NCBI GenBank assembly: GCA_964016885.1
Contig: OZ024745.1
Coordinates: forward strand, 125,488,001 to 125,552,000
DNA: 64,000 nt
Direction: 5' to 3'
DNA from: Eledone cirrhosa
Lineage: Eukaryota
Position numbers and translations under genes: made by a program. This document shows, in pieces, positions 52,431 to 64,000 of the stretch (positions are counted from its first letter, which is position 1; each line of letters begins with the position of its first letter). The notes below the pieces were generated by a model. That model saw only the letters and a program-made list of their open reading frames with translations. It did not search any database and was not told the DNA's origin.

Positions 52431-54451
52431 GAGCTTTACAATGGAAATTTAATTAATGCAGTCACATCAGTAGTTTTCCAAAGTAAAAGCCCCATTTCTC
52501 ATTACTAATTATGTACTAGCATAGGCACGAAATGCCATCTGAATTTAGATGTTTTTAGGCATGTATAGTTATGGTGTTGAAGTTGTGTACCTCCAGTACA
52601 GTCTGAACTAAGCAATCCCATAATCAATTCAGCTTCAGCCAAGAATACTTATAATTCTCTCGAGTTTTGTATATTTAGAACTACTTGATTTAATGTATCC
52701 TTTTAAAAATGATAGCATATAATTTGAGGAAAATTTCACTGTTATTTTTAGCTGAGCAAACTGCTATATGGAGACTCCTTCATTGGCACATTAATGATGC
52801 TTTATATAAAAATATTTGATATTTTCTCAGTCATTTAAGTACATTGTATTTAACAACACCTACTTTACTTAGTTTTAACCCAAGAAAAAATGCGAGAGAG
52901 AAAGAGAGTCTCCCCATTATATGTTTGACCACTTTAGGGGAAGAATGTTTTGATAATAATTACAGAAACAAATGAGGTATTTACAAAAGAAAAATGAAAT
53001 TAAATCTTTTAAGCTAATAAATATACACAACACCTAAGATTTTGAAAGGGTCATAAGAGTGACTGTTCTATTCCATTTTTCTGGTAATAGAAAGATGGAA
53101 GATGAATCTGCTAAATAGTTGAGCAAGCTATCATGTGCAACATTTCTACTGAGCCATGTAAATTTATGAATTCTGTTCAAAGACACAATAAGATTTCTTA
53201 TGGAATTTAATTTGAGACTTTGTTCTTTGTCTTTATTGCCTTATTTCAACTACAATCGTTTTCAATAGAAAGTCAACTCAAAAGAAAGGCAACTCAAAAT
53301 GTTATTGATGCAAGCCAGAGCAAGTAATATCAGCAATCTCAGTTGTATTTTTATTTAATCCATATAAGAGAGACCACTGCAATAGTAAGGCCCTTTTATC
53401 ACTTAATTCGCATACCCTGGGTTATGGATGCCTTTAACAAGGCTCACTCTGTTGCAAGCATTCAGGTGAGTCTCCACACAAATTCTTCCCACACTGCTTC
53501 TAGGACCTAGAATCCGCCCTTTCTCCTCTGACTAAGGCAATAAAAAATGCAATGAAAGAGTCCAATGTAGATATATGAAAATATAAAACTAATCTAGAAT
53601 TTAAACTACAGGGATGCCATTATATGCTAACTTCTTCATATTTTATTTTCCATGGAAAAAATCTTTAAAATACGAAGCTCTTCAGCTTTATAATAAAATA
53701 GCAGCAAGTGATGGCATGTCCTTACTCCTCCCCTTGCCATCTCTTTCAAACACTGTCAATGTGTATGAACAGTTCCAACTAGGAATAAGAGTTTGGTTTG
53801 CTGAAAACATATCCCTATACTATCAATATCTTCATCATCATCACCAAAATTGCCACCACCATCACCACCATCAATATCTTCATTATAACAATCATACTCA
53901 TGATAACCAACATCAACTGCATCAACGATTGTACTATCATTGATTTCGTATCTGTTTATCTATGATTGCCTTGATATTAAAAAAAAATGTCAGCAGCAAT
54001 AGCTATTTTTGATTGTCTGTGACATACTCCAACTCATCTCTGGGCCTTATTTATCTCAGATTGGATCTTAACTCTATGCTCACTGCTTTATTTCCCATTC
54101 TGTCATAAACATGCCTCAAGTTATTACACATCTTTACCCAGTATCTATCAAATATTCTCCATACACATCCAAATTATTACACTATTCTCTCGCCCATATT
54201 TACATCTATTTCTCATTTTCTATCTCTATTTCTTCTTCTGTTTCTTCCCTTCTATTCCTATATTCAATTCAATCGTTCATCTTTTCTTTTTTCCCTTTAC
54301 CTTTTACACTCTTTCATGTCTTTTTTTTCATCCAGTCTCTCTTTCATCCTCTCTTTCAGTTTCTCCTTTCATTATCGTATATATATATATATAAATATAT
54401 ACATATATATATATGTATGTGTGTATATATATATGTATATGTGTATATATA

Positions 54452-54612
54452 TAGGAAAATATTCAACCCTGACGGCAGAGCTCAAGCCGTTTCGACAACT
54501 TGAGCTCTGCTGTCGGGGTTGAATATTTTCCTATTACCCACTCTACTACCCTAAGTATTGAGTACTCTGGTGTGTTATGGTCCATCTGGTTCCTTACCAC
54601 ACTTCCTTCATT
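54452..54612. mobile_element. (TA)n-embedded fold-back element, family I (3' half of a hammerhead)
   Basis: Hairpin at 54452-54531 containing GAAACGGC ttgagctct GCCGTC aggg on the minus strand. Related pieces at 5345-5412, 7590-7678, 7728-7915, 29170-29320, 61303-61357 and 62123-62259. Confidence 0.6.
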
Positions 54613-54637
54613 ATATATATATATGTATGTATATGTG

Positions 54638-54668
<31 letters not shown>

Positions 54669-56231
54669 GTATATATATATGTATATATATATATATATAT
54701 AGTAATAATTGTTTCTACTTTAGGCACAAGGCCAGCAATTACCCAGTGCATTACTGGTACTTTATTTTATCGACCCCGTAAGGATGAAAGCAAAGTCAAT
54801 AGTAATAATAATATATATATATATATATATATGTTGTATATATATACACACATACACATATCCCTCTTTCCTCCTTTTATTCCTTCTCTTTCTGTCCAGT
54901 TTCATTTTATCCTTTCTCTCTATATTTCTTCATTCTTTTATTTTTGTTATTTCTATGTATCTCCATCTCTTCTTTGATTTCCCTGTCTCTTAACTCTTTC
55001 ACCTTTACTTACCCATATACTTAGTCACTCACATTACATTTTATCAAACTGAATTGAGATGTTTCAGATATCTAACTGTAAATATCCAGTCACTTGCACT
55101 CGCTCTATCTTTCCAATCACATCCACATTGATATTTATGTATCAAAGGTTAGTACAGTTAGGTAAATAACCCTAATTCTATCTTGGTCAGCTCCTCAGTT
55201 GTAATATAATGGAAAGTAAAGGCAAGAGGATGGATGAGAGAAAAAGCTTTATGATAAAATCAAAGTGATACGGGGAGAAGGAAAGGAGAAAAGGAAAAGT
55301 AGGAAACGAAATAAAATAAAACTTTAGCATAAACATCTAAATGAAAATCTCAGTATGAAATGAAAGAGAAAAAAAGAGTTTGGCAAGGGAGTCGGAGAGC
55401 GGGAGAAAAGTTTGACGTTAACTAATTGCATCATTATTAGGTCAATAAATGTATAAATGGAATATATTCTATCTTTTCCAGCTTCTGAAAACTGGACTGA
55501 TTCACTGATACAGAAGGGTCAGTGGAGTTCACAGAAAATACAGTCATTAATATTAGACTCCGATTAAGAAATATTGCATTTGTGAGGTAAAGATGAAAAT
55601 ATACAATAATATATACATGTATATATAGAAAGAGATATATATAGAAAGAGATATAAATTAAAAAGAGTATAGAGCTTTGAGGTATGAAGTGTAATGGAAT
55701 TTCCTGTATGAAGACTCTGTAGGTAGTATATACAGTAGACAGATAAGCTGTACAACATAGTTAGGATATTTCAAGTTAAAATATAATTCCATAAAAGATT
55801 GTTTCCATAGACTAGAGAATGTAGGTGCAGTTTAACAGTGGTAGGTTGAAAATAAACAAGGTAAATTATAAAATTTCTGAATAGACCCCAAATCCAATGA
55901 CTTCAAGTTTATTTCTGCAAAATACTTTTCTGCTTTCAGAAATTATTTCAATAATTCTATAAACATTCATTTAGACCCAGGTGTGTTTAGTTGCAGGATG
56001 TAACTTCTTAGAAATATGTATACATAATATGTGAGCCTGAGGGAGATTGGAGAATGCAATTAAGATTATGAGAGATACATGAAATAAAATAATTCAAACT
56101 GAGAATTATAATCGTCATAAAGATTTAAAGTTTCTCTTAGACATCATAAGCACACTACAGTGTATAGCAACACTTTCTATTCACTCACCATATTTGGGCA
56201 ATAATCACTTCAATATATATATATATAAATC

Positions 56232-56537
56232 ATTTCATTCATTTCATTTTACGTCCACTTTTTCCCTGCTTGCAAGGGTGGGACAGGAACTGATTCTGGC
56301 TTGATTTCTACAGCTGGATGCCCTTCCTAACACCAACCTCATTTACAGTGAGTGCTGGGTGCTTTTTTCCGTGGCACCTCCACGCCCACTTTACAGTGGA
56401 ATGATATGGACCCCAGTCCCTATCATCTCATTTCTACAGCTGAGTAAACTGGAGCAATGTGAAATAAAGTGTCTTGCTCAAGGAAACAACACATCACCCG
56501 GTCTGAGAATTGAACTCACAACCTTTCGATTGCAAGG

Positions 56538-56541
<4 letters not shown>
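56232..56541 (-). mobile_element. CORE-type SINE, inverted partner of 56579-56890
   Basis: Reverse complement of the adjacent copy; mirror ORFs in the track. Confidence 0.82.
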
Positions 56542-56578
<37 letters not shown>

Positions 56579-56580
<2 letters not shown>

Positions 56581-56890
56581 AGGCACATGGCTTAGTGATT
56601 AGAGCATTGGCCGACCGGGTAATGTGTTGTTTCCTTGAGCAAGACACTTTATTTCACATTGCTCCAGTTTACTCAGCTGTAGAAATGAGATGATAGGGAC
56701 TGGGGTCCATATCATTCCTCTGTAAAGTGGTCGTGGAGGTGCCACGGCAAAAAAGCACCCAGCACTCTCTGTAAATGAGGTTGGTGTTAGGAAGGGCATC
56801 CAGCTGTAGAAATCAAGCCAGAATCAGTTCCCGTCCCACCCTTGCAAGCAGAGAAAAGCGGACGTAAAATGATGATGATGATGATGATGA
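56579..56890 (+). mobile_element. CORE-type SINE with RTE-derived 3' tail
   Basis: tRNA-like head, CORE-like TCCTTGAGCAAGACACTT...CAGTTTACTCAGCTGTAGAAATG, then TAGGAAGGGCATCCAG and (GAT)n. Related copies at 3733-3955 and 36540-36812. Confidence 0.82.
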
Positions 56891-56941
56891 TATATATACA
56901 CACATATACATATGTATACATATATATACATATACGTATAC

Positions 56942-58806
56942 AGCATCATCATTAACTGCTACAAGGGTAAAGGGGATGCTCTAGATAGGGGAAACTATAA
57001 AGGCATTAAGTTACTTGACCAGGTCATGAAGGTCACAGAAAGAGTTATAGTGCAACTAATGAGAGAGTGAATTGATCTAGATGAAATACAGTTTGGGTTT
57101 GTGTCAGGTAAAAGTACATCAGATGCTCTTTTCCTTGTACACTACAGGAGAAGTACCTAGCTAAAAGTAAACCCCTCTACTTAGCTTTTGTAGACCTGGA
57201 GAAAGCCTTTGACAGAGTACCCCGCTCCATTATCTGGTGGGCTCTTAAAAAACTAAGTATAGATGAATGGCTTGTGAGAGCTATACAAGCTATGTATAAA
57301 GAAACAGTCAGTAAGGTTAGAATTAACAATGAATATTGTGAAGAATTTAGTGTAAAAGTTGGTGTTCATCAAGGCTCTGTCGTTAGCCCCCCTCCTATTT
57401 ATTATCGCCCTTCAGGCTATAACAGAGGAGTTCAAGACCAGCTGCCCATGGGAACTGCTATACACAGATGATCCAACGCTCATAGCTGAATCAATGGCTG
57501 AACTAGAGAAGAAATTCCAAACATGGAAGCATGGCCTACAATCAAAAGGCCTTAAAGTTAACTTGTCTAAGACTAAAGTTCGAGTTTGTAGAAAGGAAAA
57601 TAGGGCACAGGTGCTCTCTGGGAAATGGCCATGCTCAGTGTGTAGGAAAGGAGTAGGCAGAAATTCCAATTTATGTTCCAAATGCAAAGTATGGGTACAT
57701 AAAAGATGTAGTGGGATCACAGGTAAACTATCTAAGAACGTAGACTTTATATGTGGCCGGTGCTCAAGTGCAATAAGTAACAAGTGTCCACAGGATACTA
57801 GCTCCTTCTATTGCCCAGATTGTTCTATAGAAATAGAGGACACTTTCCGTTACCTGGGTGACGAAATCAGCAGTGGTGGAGGGTGTTCTGAGAGTACAGT
57901 AGCCAGACTCAGAACGGGATGGAAAACGTTAAGAGAGCTTATACCACTATTGGCCACAAAAGGTTTCTCTCTAAAAATCAAAGGCAGATTGTATGATGCC
58001 TGTATACGAACAGCAATGCTACATGGCAGTGAGACATGAGCATTACGTGCAGAGGACCTGCGTAGACTGGAAAGGAATGAAGCATGCATGCTCTGTTGGA
58101 TGTGTAATAGTAACATACGTGAACGGCAAAGCATAAATGAACTAAGTGAGAAATTAGGAATAAGAGGGATCAGATGCTGTTTACTTGAGAGAAGACTACA
58201 TTGGTATGGCCACGTGATGCGCATGAAAGATGACAACTGTATAAAAAAGTGCAGGGCGATCAAAATTGATGGTAGTTACGGTGTAGGTAGACCCAGAAAA
58301 ACCTGGGACGATCTGATAAATTCCGACCTTACTAACTTGAACCTCTCTAAGACAATGTCTCTGGACCAAGATCTTTGGCGCTATGCAGTGATACAGAAGG
58401 CCCACCTTGCCTATGTACAAAGCGAAACCTACAGTCAGTAGGCACCTCTTAACCAAATATACACCCTAATCCACTACCCCTACCCTATCCTCCCACCAAC
58501 ACCACCCTCTCTCTGTAAAGTTGGTACCACAACATCCAGTCCAAATAAATGAGATAATGAGATCGAGATTGTGTAGGTGTCACGACAAAAAACCACAGTC
58601 CACGCTGTAATGAAAGTTCCCAGTTCCACACTGTAAATGTGGGTGGTGTTAGGAAGGGCATCCAGCTGTAGAAAACCTGCCAGATAGTCCTATATGAGTC
58701 AGACATAGTCACCCGACCAACCTTGCCTCAAGTGGGACAACTCCCGTCTAACCCATGCTAGCGTGGAAGATGGACGTTAAACGAAGATGATGATGATGAT
58801 GATGAT
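56942..58806 (+). mobile_element. RTE-clade LINE, 5'-truncated and degenerate
   Basis: YKGKGDALDRGNYKGIKLL, FVDLEKAFDRVPR, GVHQGS, LLYTDD, WPCSVC..C..C..WVHKRC, RRLHWYGHVMR; 3' UTR ending in (GAT)n. Confidence 0.93.
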
Positions 58807-58834
58807 GTATATATGTATATATATATGTATACAC

Positions 58835-58867
<33 letters not shown>

Positions 58868-59122
58868 CATTGAAGTGATTATAGTTCAAATATGGTGAGT
58901 GAATATATTTACATACATATACATATATATATATACATAGTGAAGTTTGTGGCTGAGTGGTTAGAGAATTGGATTAGCAATTGTGAGGTTGTGATTTTGA
59001 TTCCTGGACCGGGCGATGCGTTATATCCTTGAACAAGAGAAAGACCAATGGAAACATTGTTTCCTCGGTCCAATTTGACGAAAGTCGATCGTTCCTTATG
59101 TATATACATACACACACACACA

Positions 59123-59212
<90 letters not shown>

Positions 59213-59477
59213 AATTAAAACAGTGTAAGGCTTGATTGGAGATATCCTTTTAAAGTTTTAATGTTGCAAAAAACAGTATATATATTTCAATGGCCTGGTT
59301 GCATAAGACCCTGGTGACATCATCAGGTGGGGATTGCTCCAGCCATGAGGTCCAACATCAACAATGGATGAGTTGCATAATGTAGAGTGCTGTTCTTACT
59401 ATTACATCATGGTTAACTAAATGAAATGACCACTTCAATCCATTTGTGAACCACAAAACTTAAATGAATATATATAT

Positions 59478-60600
59478 ATCATCACCATCATCATCATATT
59501 ATGTCTGTTGTTCCATGCTTGCATGGGTTGGATGGGTAATTCTCAGTACAGCATCTCTTCAATTGTTGCATTTCTTTGTCATCTCCTCCGTAAGCTTTAG
59601 AGATGTGAGATCAGCTCTCATCACTTCCATCCAAGTCTTCCTTAGTCTTCCTCTACCGTGGCCTCCCTCGTCTGGGATTACTGGGCACTTCTTCACTCAC
59701 CAATCATCAACATGCACATCATATATCCTTACCAATGTAGTCTTCTCTCTTGCATACTAATTCTGATTCCTTTTATACCTAGTTTCTCTCTCAGTTTATC
59801 CATGTTTTGTCATTCTCACACATTAACATTGTATTATCCATTGAAGCATGCTTGCCTCATTTTTCTACAGCCATCCTATGTCCTCAGTGTTCACAGCCCC
59901 TGTCTCACTACCATGTAGCATGGCACTTTGCACATAGGTGTCATGCAGCTGACCTTTTATTTGGAGGTAGAAACCTTTTGTTGTTAGCAGGGCTAGCAGT
60001 TCCCTAAACTTCTATTCTGTCATTTTTCTAGCTAATATGCACTTTGAAGCCCCTCCTATGAACCCCCTACACGAACGACAAAACATAAACGAACTAAGTG
60101 CACACTTACACCTCTCTAAGATAATGTCACTGGATCATGACCTTTGGCGCTATGGAGTAATACAGAAGACTCGTCTTCCCTTACGTACGAAATCAAACCT
60201 ACAGTCAGTAGACACCTCTTAACCAAATATACACCCCACCCTACTACCCCTACTCCATCCTCCCACTTCCACCTACACCACCCCTTTCTTTGTAAAGTTA
60301 TGTTGGTACCACAGAACATCCAGTCCACACTAAAGTTGTCATGTAGGTGTCATGACAAAAAGCACCTAGTTCATGCTGTAAAGTGCTCATGTAGGAGACA
60401 CGGTAAAAAGTTCCCAGTCCACACTGTAAATATGGTTGGTGTTAGGAAGGGCATCCAGCCGTAGAAAAGCTGCCAGATAGTCCTATATGAACGAGACATA
60501 GTCACCCAGTCAATCTTGCCTCAAGTGGGACAATTCCCGTCTAACCCATGCTAGTGTGGAAGATAGACGTTAAACGATGATGATGAGGTGATGATGATGA
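59478..60600. mobile_element. Two RTE fragments in divergent orientation (minus about 59478-60055, plus about 60060-60600)
   Basis: RTE C-terminal similarity and the shared TAGGAAGGGCATCCAG...GACGTTAAACGATGATG 3' UTR. Confidence 0.8.
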
Positions 60601-60692
60601 GGAGGATATAAAAATAGATATATATATATATAGAGAGAGAGAGAGGCAAAAATGATATTGCTGATGATGTTGATGATGATATTGATACATAC

Positions 60693-60825
60693 CTCCACCA
60701 CATGAAGAGGTGCAGTGTGACCAATCTGTATACTGCCAACTGAACTCTGGAACTCGGTGACTAGCATTCTCATTTGGCACAGTATATTCAAACTCTACTC
60801 CAGGATTCGTTGACTGAAGTAACAA
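60693..60825 (-). CDS. ADAMTS7/12: ADAMTS7/12-like exon: end of spacer domain and start of a TSP1 repeat
   Basis: tttacag| acceptor and |gtatgt donor; 133 nt, phase 0 to 1. LLLQSTNPGVEFEYTVPNENASHRVPEFSWQYTDWSHCTSSCGG resembles my recollection of ADAMTS7/12 LLFQ.NPG..YEYTI...FSW...W..C...CG. Confidence 0.93.
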
Positions 60826-61031
60826 CTGTAAAATGAGATGAAACAAGGAAATAGACATCAGAATAAATTATAGCAACAATATTTTTTTCATTATCTCAAA
60901 CATGATTGCGCATTAATCTAACTGAGTATTTTCCCTACCTACGCAAACAACAATACAGGACTAACATTGTATAAGGATTAACATGTCACACAGTAAAAAA
61001 AACATGTTATAATGTATTTTCTTACCTTTAA

Positions 61032-61251
61032 TCCTCTAGTATTTACATTACTCTATATTTACTATTGCATTGTTATGGTAAAGGCTTTATCTCACATAAT
61101 TACCTCAAATAATATCGAATCTATGAGATTTTGATGTTATTCATTTCAGAACAATACCTCAACATCAGTATGAGTAGCTGGTTACGGCCAGTTTGAACAG
61201 AAAGAGGTGAGAGAATTCTGGCCGGATAAAGCCGGTTTAAATGCCAAAGGG
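61032..61251. mobile_element. piggyBac-like MITE, copy 3
   Basis: TTAA|tCCTcTAGtATTTA...TAAATGCcAAAGGG; colinear with the 50390 copy. Confidence 0.8.
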
Positions 61252-61439
61252 TTACAATTTTGTAATGATTTAGCAGAAATTATCTAAAAACAGGTTTGTT
61301 AATTGAGTACTCTGGTGTGTTATGGTCCACCTGGTATCTTGCCACACCTTCTTTGTTATATATATATATATATATATGGGGTGGGTGTTGAGAGCATTGA
61401 AGTGAGAGGACTATGGTACAGTTGGTTCTGTGAGCTCAG

Positions 61440-61850
61440 GTGAGGGTAGCTTGATTAAGGGTGGCGGATATCCATGCTAGATAATGCAGGAAGCCATGTG
61501 TTGGGACTGGGTCTTAAAATTGTGGTCCTGATTACAGAGCCAATAAAGAGAGTGGAATTAGAAGTAGGGTATGGAGAGTTTGATGTGGGTGAGATCGGAG
61601 GAGGTGAAGTTGAGATAGAAGTGGGAATCAGTGGGTTTATAGAAGATGGAGATAGAGATTGTGTGGTGAGTCTGGTTGATAGAGAGAAAGATATCAAAAA
61701 ATTGGACAGAAGCATAGGAGACAGAGGTGGTAAAGATGAGGGCAGGATGAAAAAACTGGATGAAAGAAAGATAGCAGTTGAGCTGTTCATGGGTGAGATA
61801 GAGGTGGCATCAATACAATTACCAATGTAACAACCGTATAGTTTATATAG
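61440..61850 (-). pseudogene. Penelope-like element reverse transcriptase remnant
   Basis: After a frameshift: LYGCYIGNCIDATS (decayed RYIDD), then FIQFFHPALIFT...FFDI...IFYKPTDSHFYLNFTSS..THIKLSIPYF*F..LC...HGYP, the PLE RT thumb pattern, with stops. Confidence 0.8.
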
Positions 61851-62256
61851 CAACACCAGAATCAACAGTTTTCCAAGAGATGGTGACTTCAATAGATTTG
61901 TTTTTTCTCTTAGAATTGTTGTTTTCATTTCTGCCTTTACTCACTATCTTTCTATCTCTTCTTTAATTTCTCATCCTATTTTCTGATGAAGGCATCCGAA
62001 ACATTGAGACAGTTTTTCCTACAATACCAAGTGTAAAACTAATAATAATATATTTCTTCATTGTACTGTGGTGTTTGCTTTGCTTTTCTGTCTTCCTTTT
62101 GCATATATATATATATATATATAACGAAGGAAATGTGGTAAGGAACCAGGTGGACCATAACGCACCAAAGTACTCAATACTTGGGGTAGTAGAGTGGGTA
62201 ATAGGAACCATAGCCGTTGAAACGGCTTGAGCTCAGCTGTCGGGGTCTTACTGGTT

Positions 62257-62304
<48 letters not shown>

Positions 62305-62770
62305 CATTTTCATAAATAAATAGTAATGAATAGAAATTAATTACTCATTTTTTTTTATGTCTGCACAATATAATATACTTATGCATTCATTCAATAATTG
62401 CATCTCTGATAAATTGATTAATAATTCATGATAAACCATATTCATAACAATTAATTTCTCAAAGGATGTGTTAGAGGTTCAATTAAAATGCTTCAATCTA
62501 TACTGTACACTAAGTTTACTGTCAGTTCAAATCATCCCAGACTTAACATTTGCTTGTCAATCCGACCTTGACAGTAACATCAGTACTAGTGGTACCTGTA
62601 ATGAATTTAGTTAATTTAATCTGCAGTCTCTAAATTTACTAATTTTATTTTCATATTGATAAGTAGATATCAATTTTGTTGTATTCTCTATCATGTATAT
62701 GGAATATATATATACATATATATATATATATTATATATTCATACATATATATATTGTATATTCATACATG

Positions 62771-62802
<32 letters not shown>

Positions 62803-62804
<2 letters not shown>

Positions 62805-63597
62805 ATCATCATTCAACATCATTTTACGTCCGCTTTTTCCTGCTTGCAAGGGCGGGATGGGTCCTATTCAGCACAGCATCTCTCCACTTGTCCCGGTCCT
62901 TTGTCATCTTCACTGTGAGCTTCAGCGATCTGAGGTCTGTTCTCACCACCTCCGCCCATGTTTTTCGTGGTTTTCCTCTACTACATTTTCCTTCAACTGG
63001 CATTTCTTGGCACTTCTTCACCCATCAGTCATCCTCCATGCGCATCACATGCCCATACCATTGCAGTCCCCTCTCCCGCACACTTCAATTTATCCCTCTC
63101 AGACACAGTTTCTCTCTCAACACATCCATGCTTGGTCGTTCATGCACATTGACATTGCACATCCAACAGAGCATGCTTGCCTCATTTCTCTCCAGCCGTT
63201 GCATATACTCTGCAGTTGCTGCCCATGTCTCACTACCAAGCTTCATCACACACCTCATACAGGCATCATATAACCGGCCTTTTCGTACGCAAGGAGAAAC
63301 CCTTCTTCGTCAGCAGAGGAAGCAGCTCCCTAAACTTCTTCCAACCCATCCTTATTCTAGATACTATGGCCTCGGAACAGCCCCTCCCATGCTTATCTGA
63401 TCACCTAGGTACTGGGAGCTATCAACCACTTCTATAGCACCCACCTGCATTTGAAAAATGTGTCTATCAATGCAACTTTTACTGTCAAATTTCCCTGTAC
63501 ATCTACTGCATACGTATTTCTCCCTACCTGTTAGTTTGCCTGCTATCCCACTACACCTCTTGTGTACCCAAGATTTGCATTGTGTACATTTTATAGA
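62803..63597 (-). mobile_element. RTE LINE 3' fragment (same subfamily as 7088-7518)
   Basis: Reverse strand KKCQEMPVEGKCSRGKPRKTWAEVVRTDL; high similarity to the 7.1-7.5 kb copy. Confidence 0.88.
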
Positions 63598-64000
63598 ATT
63601 TATGTGTGTGTATGTATATACATATATATATGGGATTGGTCCTGTACAAGCCTTTCATCACGTAAAAAGGTTTCAAGCACAAGCATCGCTTTATATGTGA
63701 CATTTTGTTTGTGATGCATAGTATTGCTGGCCATAGGCAAGTCCCTAACAGAAGTTAAAAGCATGTCTGCGATGCACATACTTAAGTATCAAGCGATGGC
63801 ATTACTGAAAATCAATATATATCATCATCATCATCACCTTCGTTTAACGCCCATCTTCCACGCTAGCATGGGTTAGATGGGAGTTGTCCCACTTGAGGCA
63901 AGGTTGGTCGGGTGACCATGTCTCGCTCATATAGGACTATCTTGCAGGTTTTCTACGGCTGGATGCTCTTCCTAACACCAACCACATTTACAGTGTGGAA

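Noticed and set aside
61474-61830. 118-aa acidic plus-strand ORF and 157-aa Ser/Pro-rich minus-strand ORF
   Set aside because: Antisense and off-frame readings of the Penelope RT remnant.

Overview
AT-rich, microsatellite-rich eukaryotic DNA. The SINE/RTE repertoire and gene structure suggest a coleoid cephalopod such as Octopus (inference). The whole window lies within one minus-strand gene, an ADAMTS7/12-like metalloprotease. Six GT-AG exons with consistent phases (60693-60825, 50237-50363, 38721-38940, 29962-30669, 22595-22783, 12668-12817) encode the end of the spacer, three TSP1 repeats, a Thr/Ser/Pro-rich mucin-like domain and further TSP1 repeats; both gene ends lie outside the window. 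The 7-11 kb introns contain RTE, R4/Dong-like, CRE-like, CR1/Jockey-like and Penelope-like retroelement remnants, tRNA-derived SINEs, piggyBac-, hAT- and Tigger-like MITEs and a probable solo LTR. The most striking signal is at least eight sequence-unrelated short non-coding elements embedded in (TA)n tracts. Most are fold-back palindromes or partial tandems, and each carries a recognisable type I hammerhead ribozyme. Several have unusual cores (U4A, U17), several lie in the sense orientation of the host pre-mRNA, and many (TA)n-embedded elements share a GAG(T/C)(A/G)CT motif about 40-75 nt from their end. All structure calls were made by eye; repeat boundaries are approximate.
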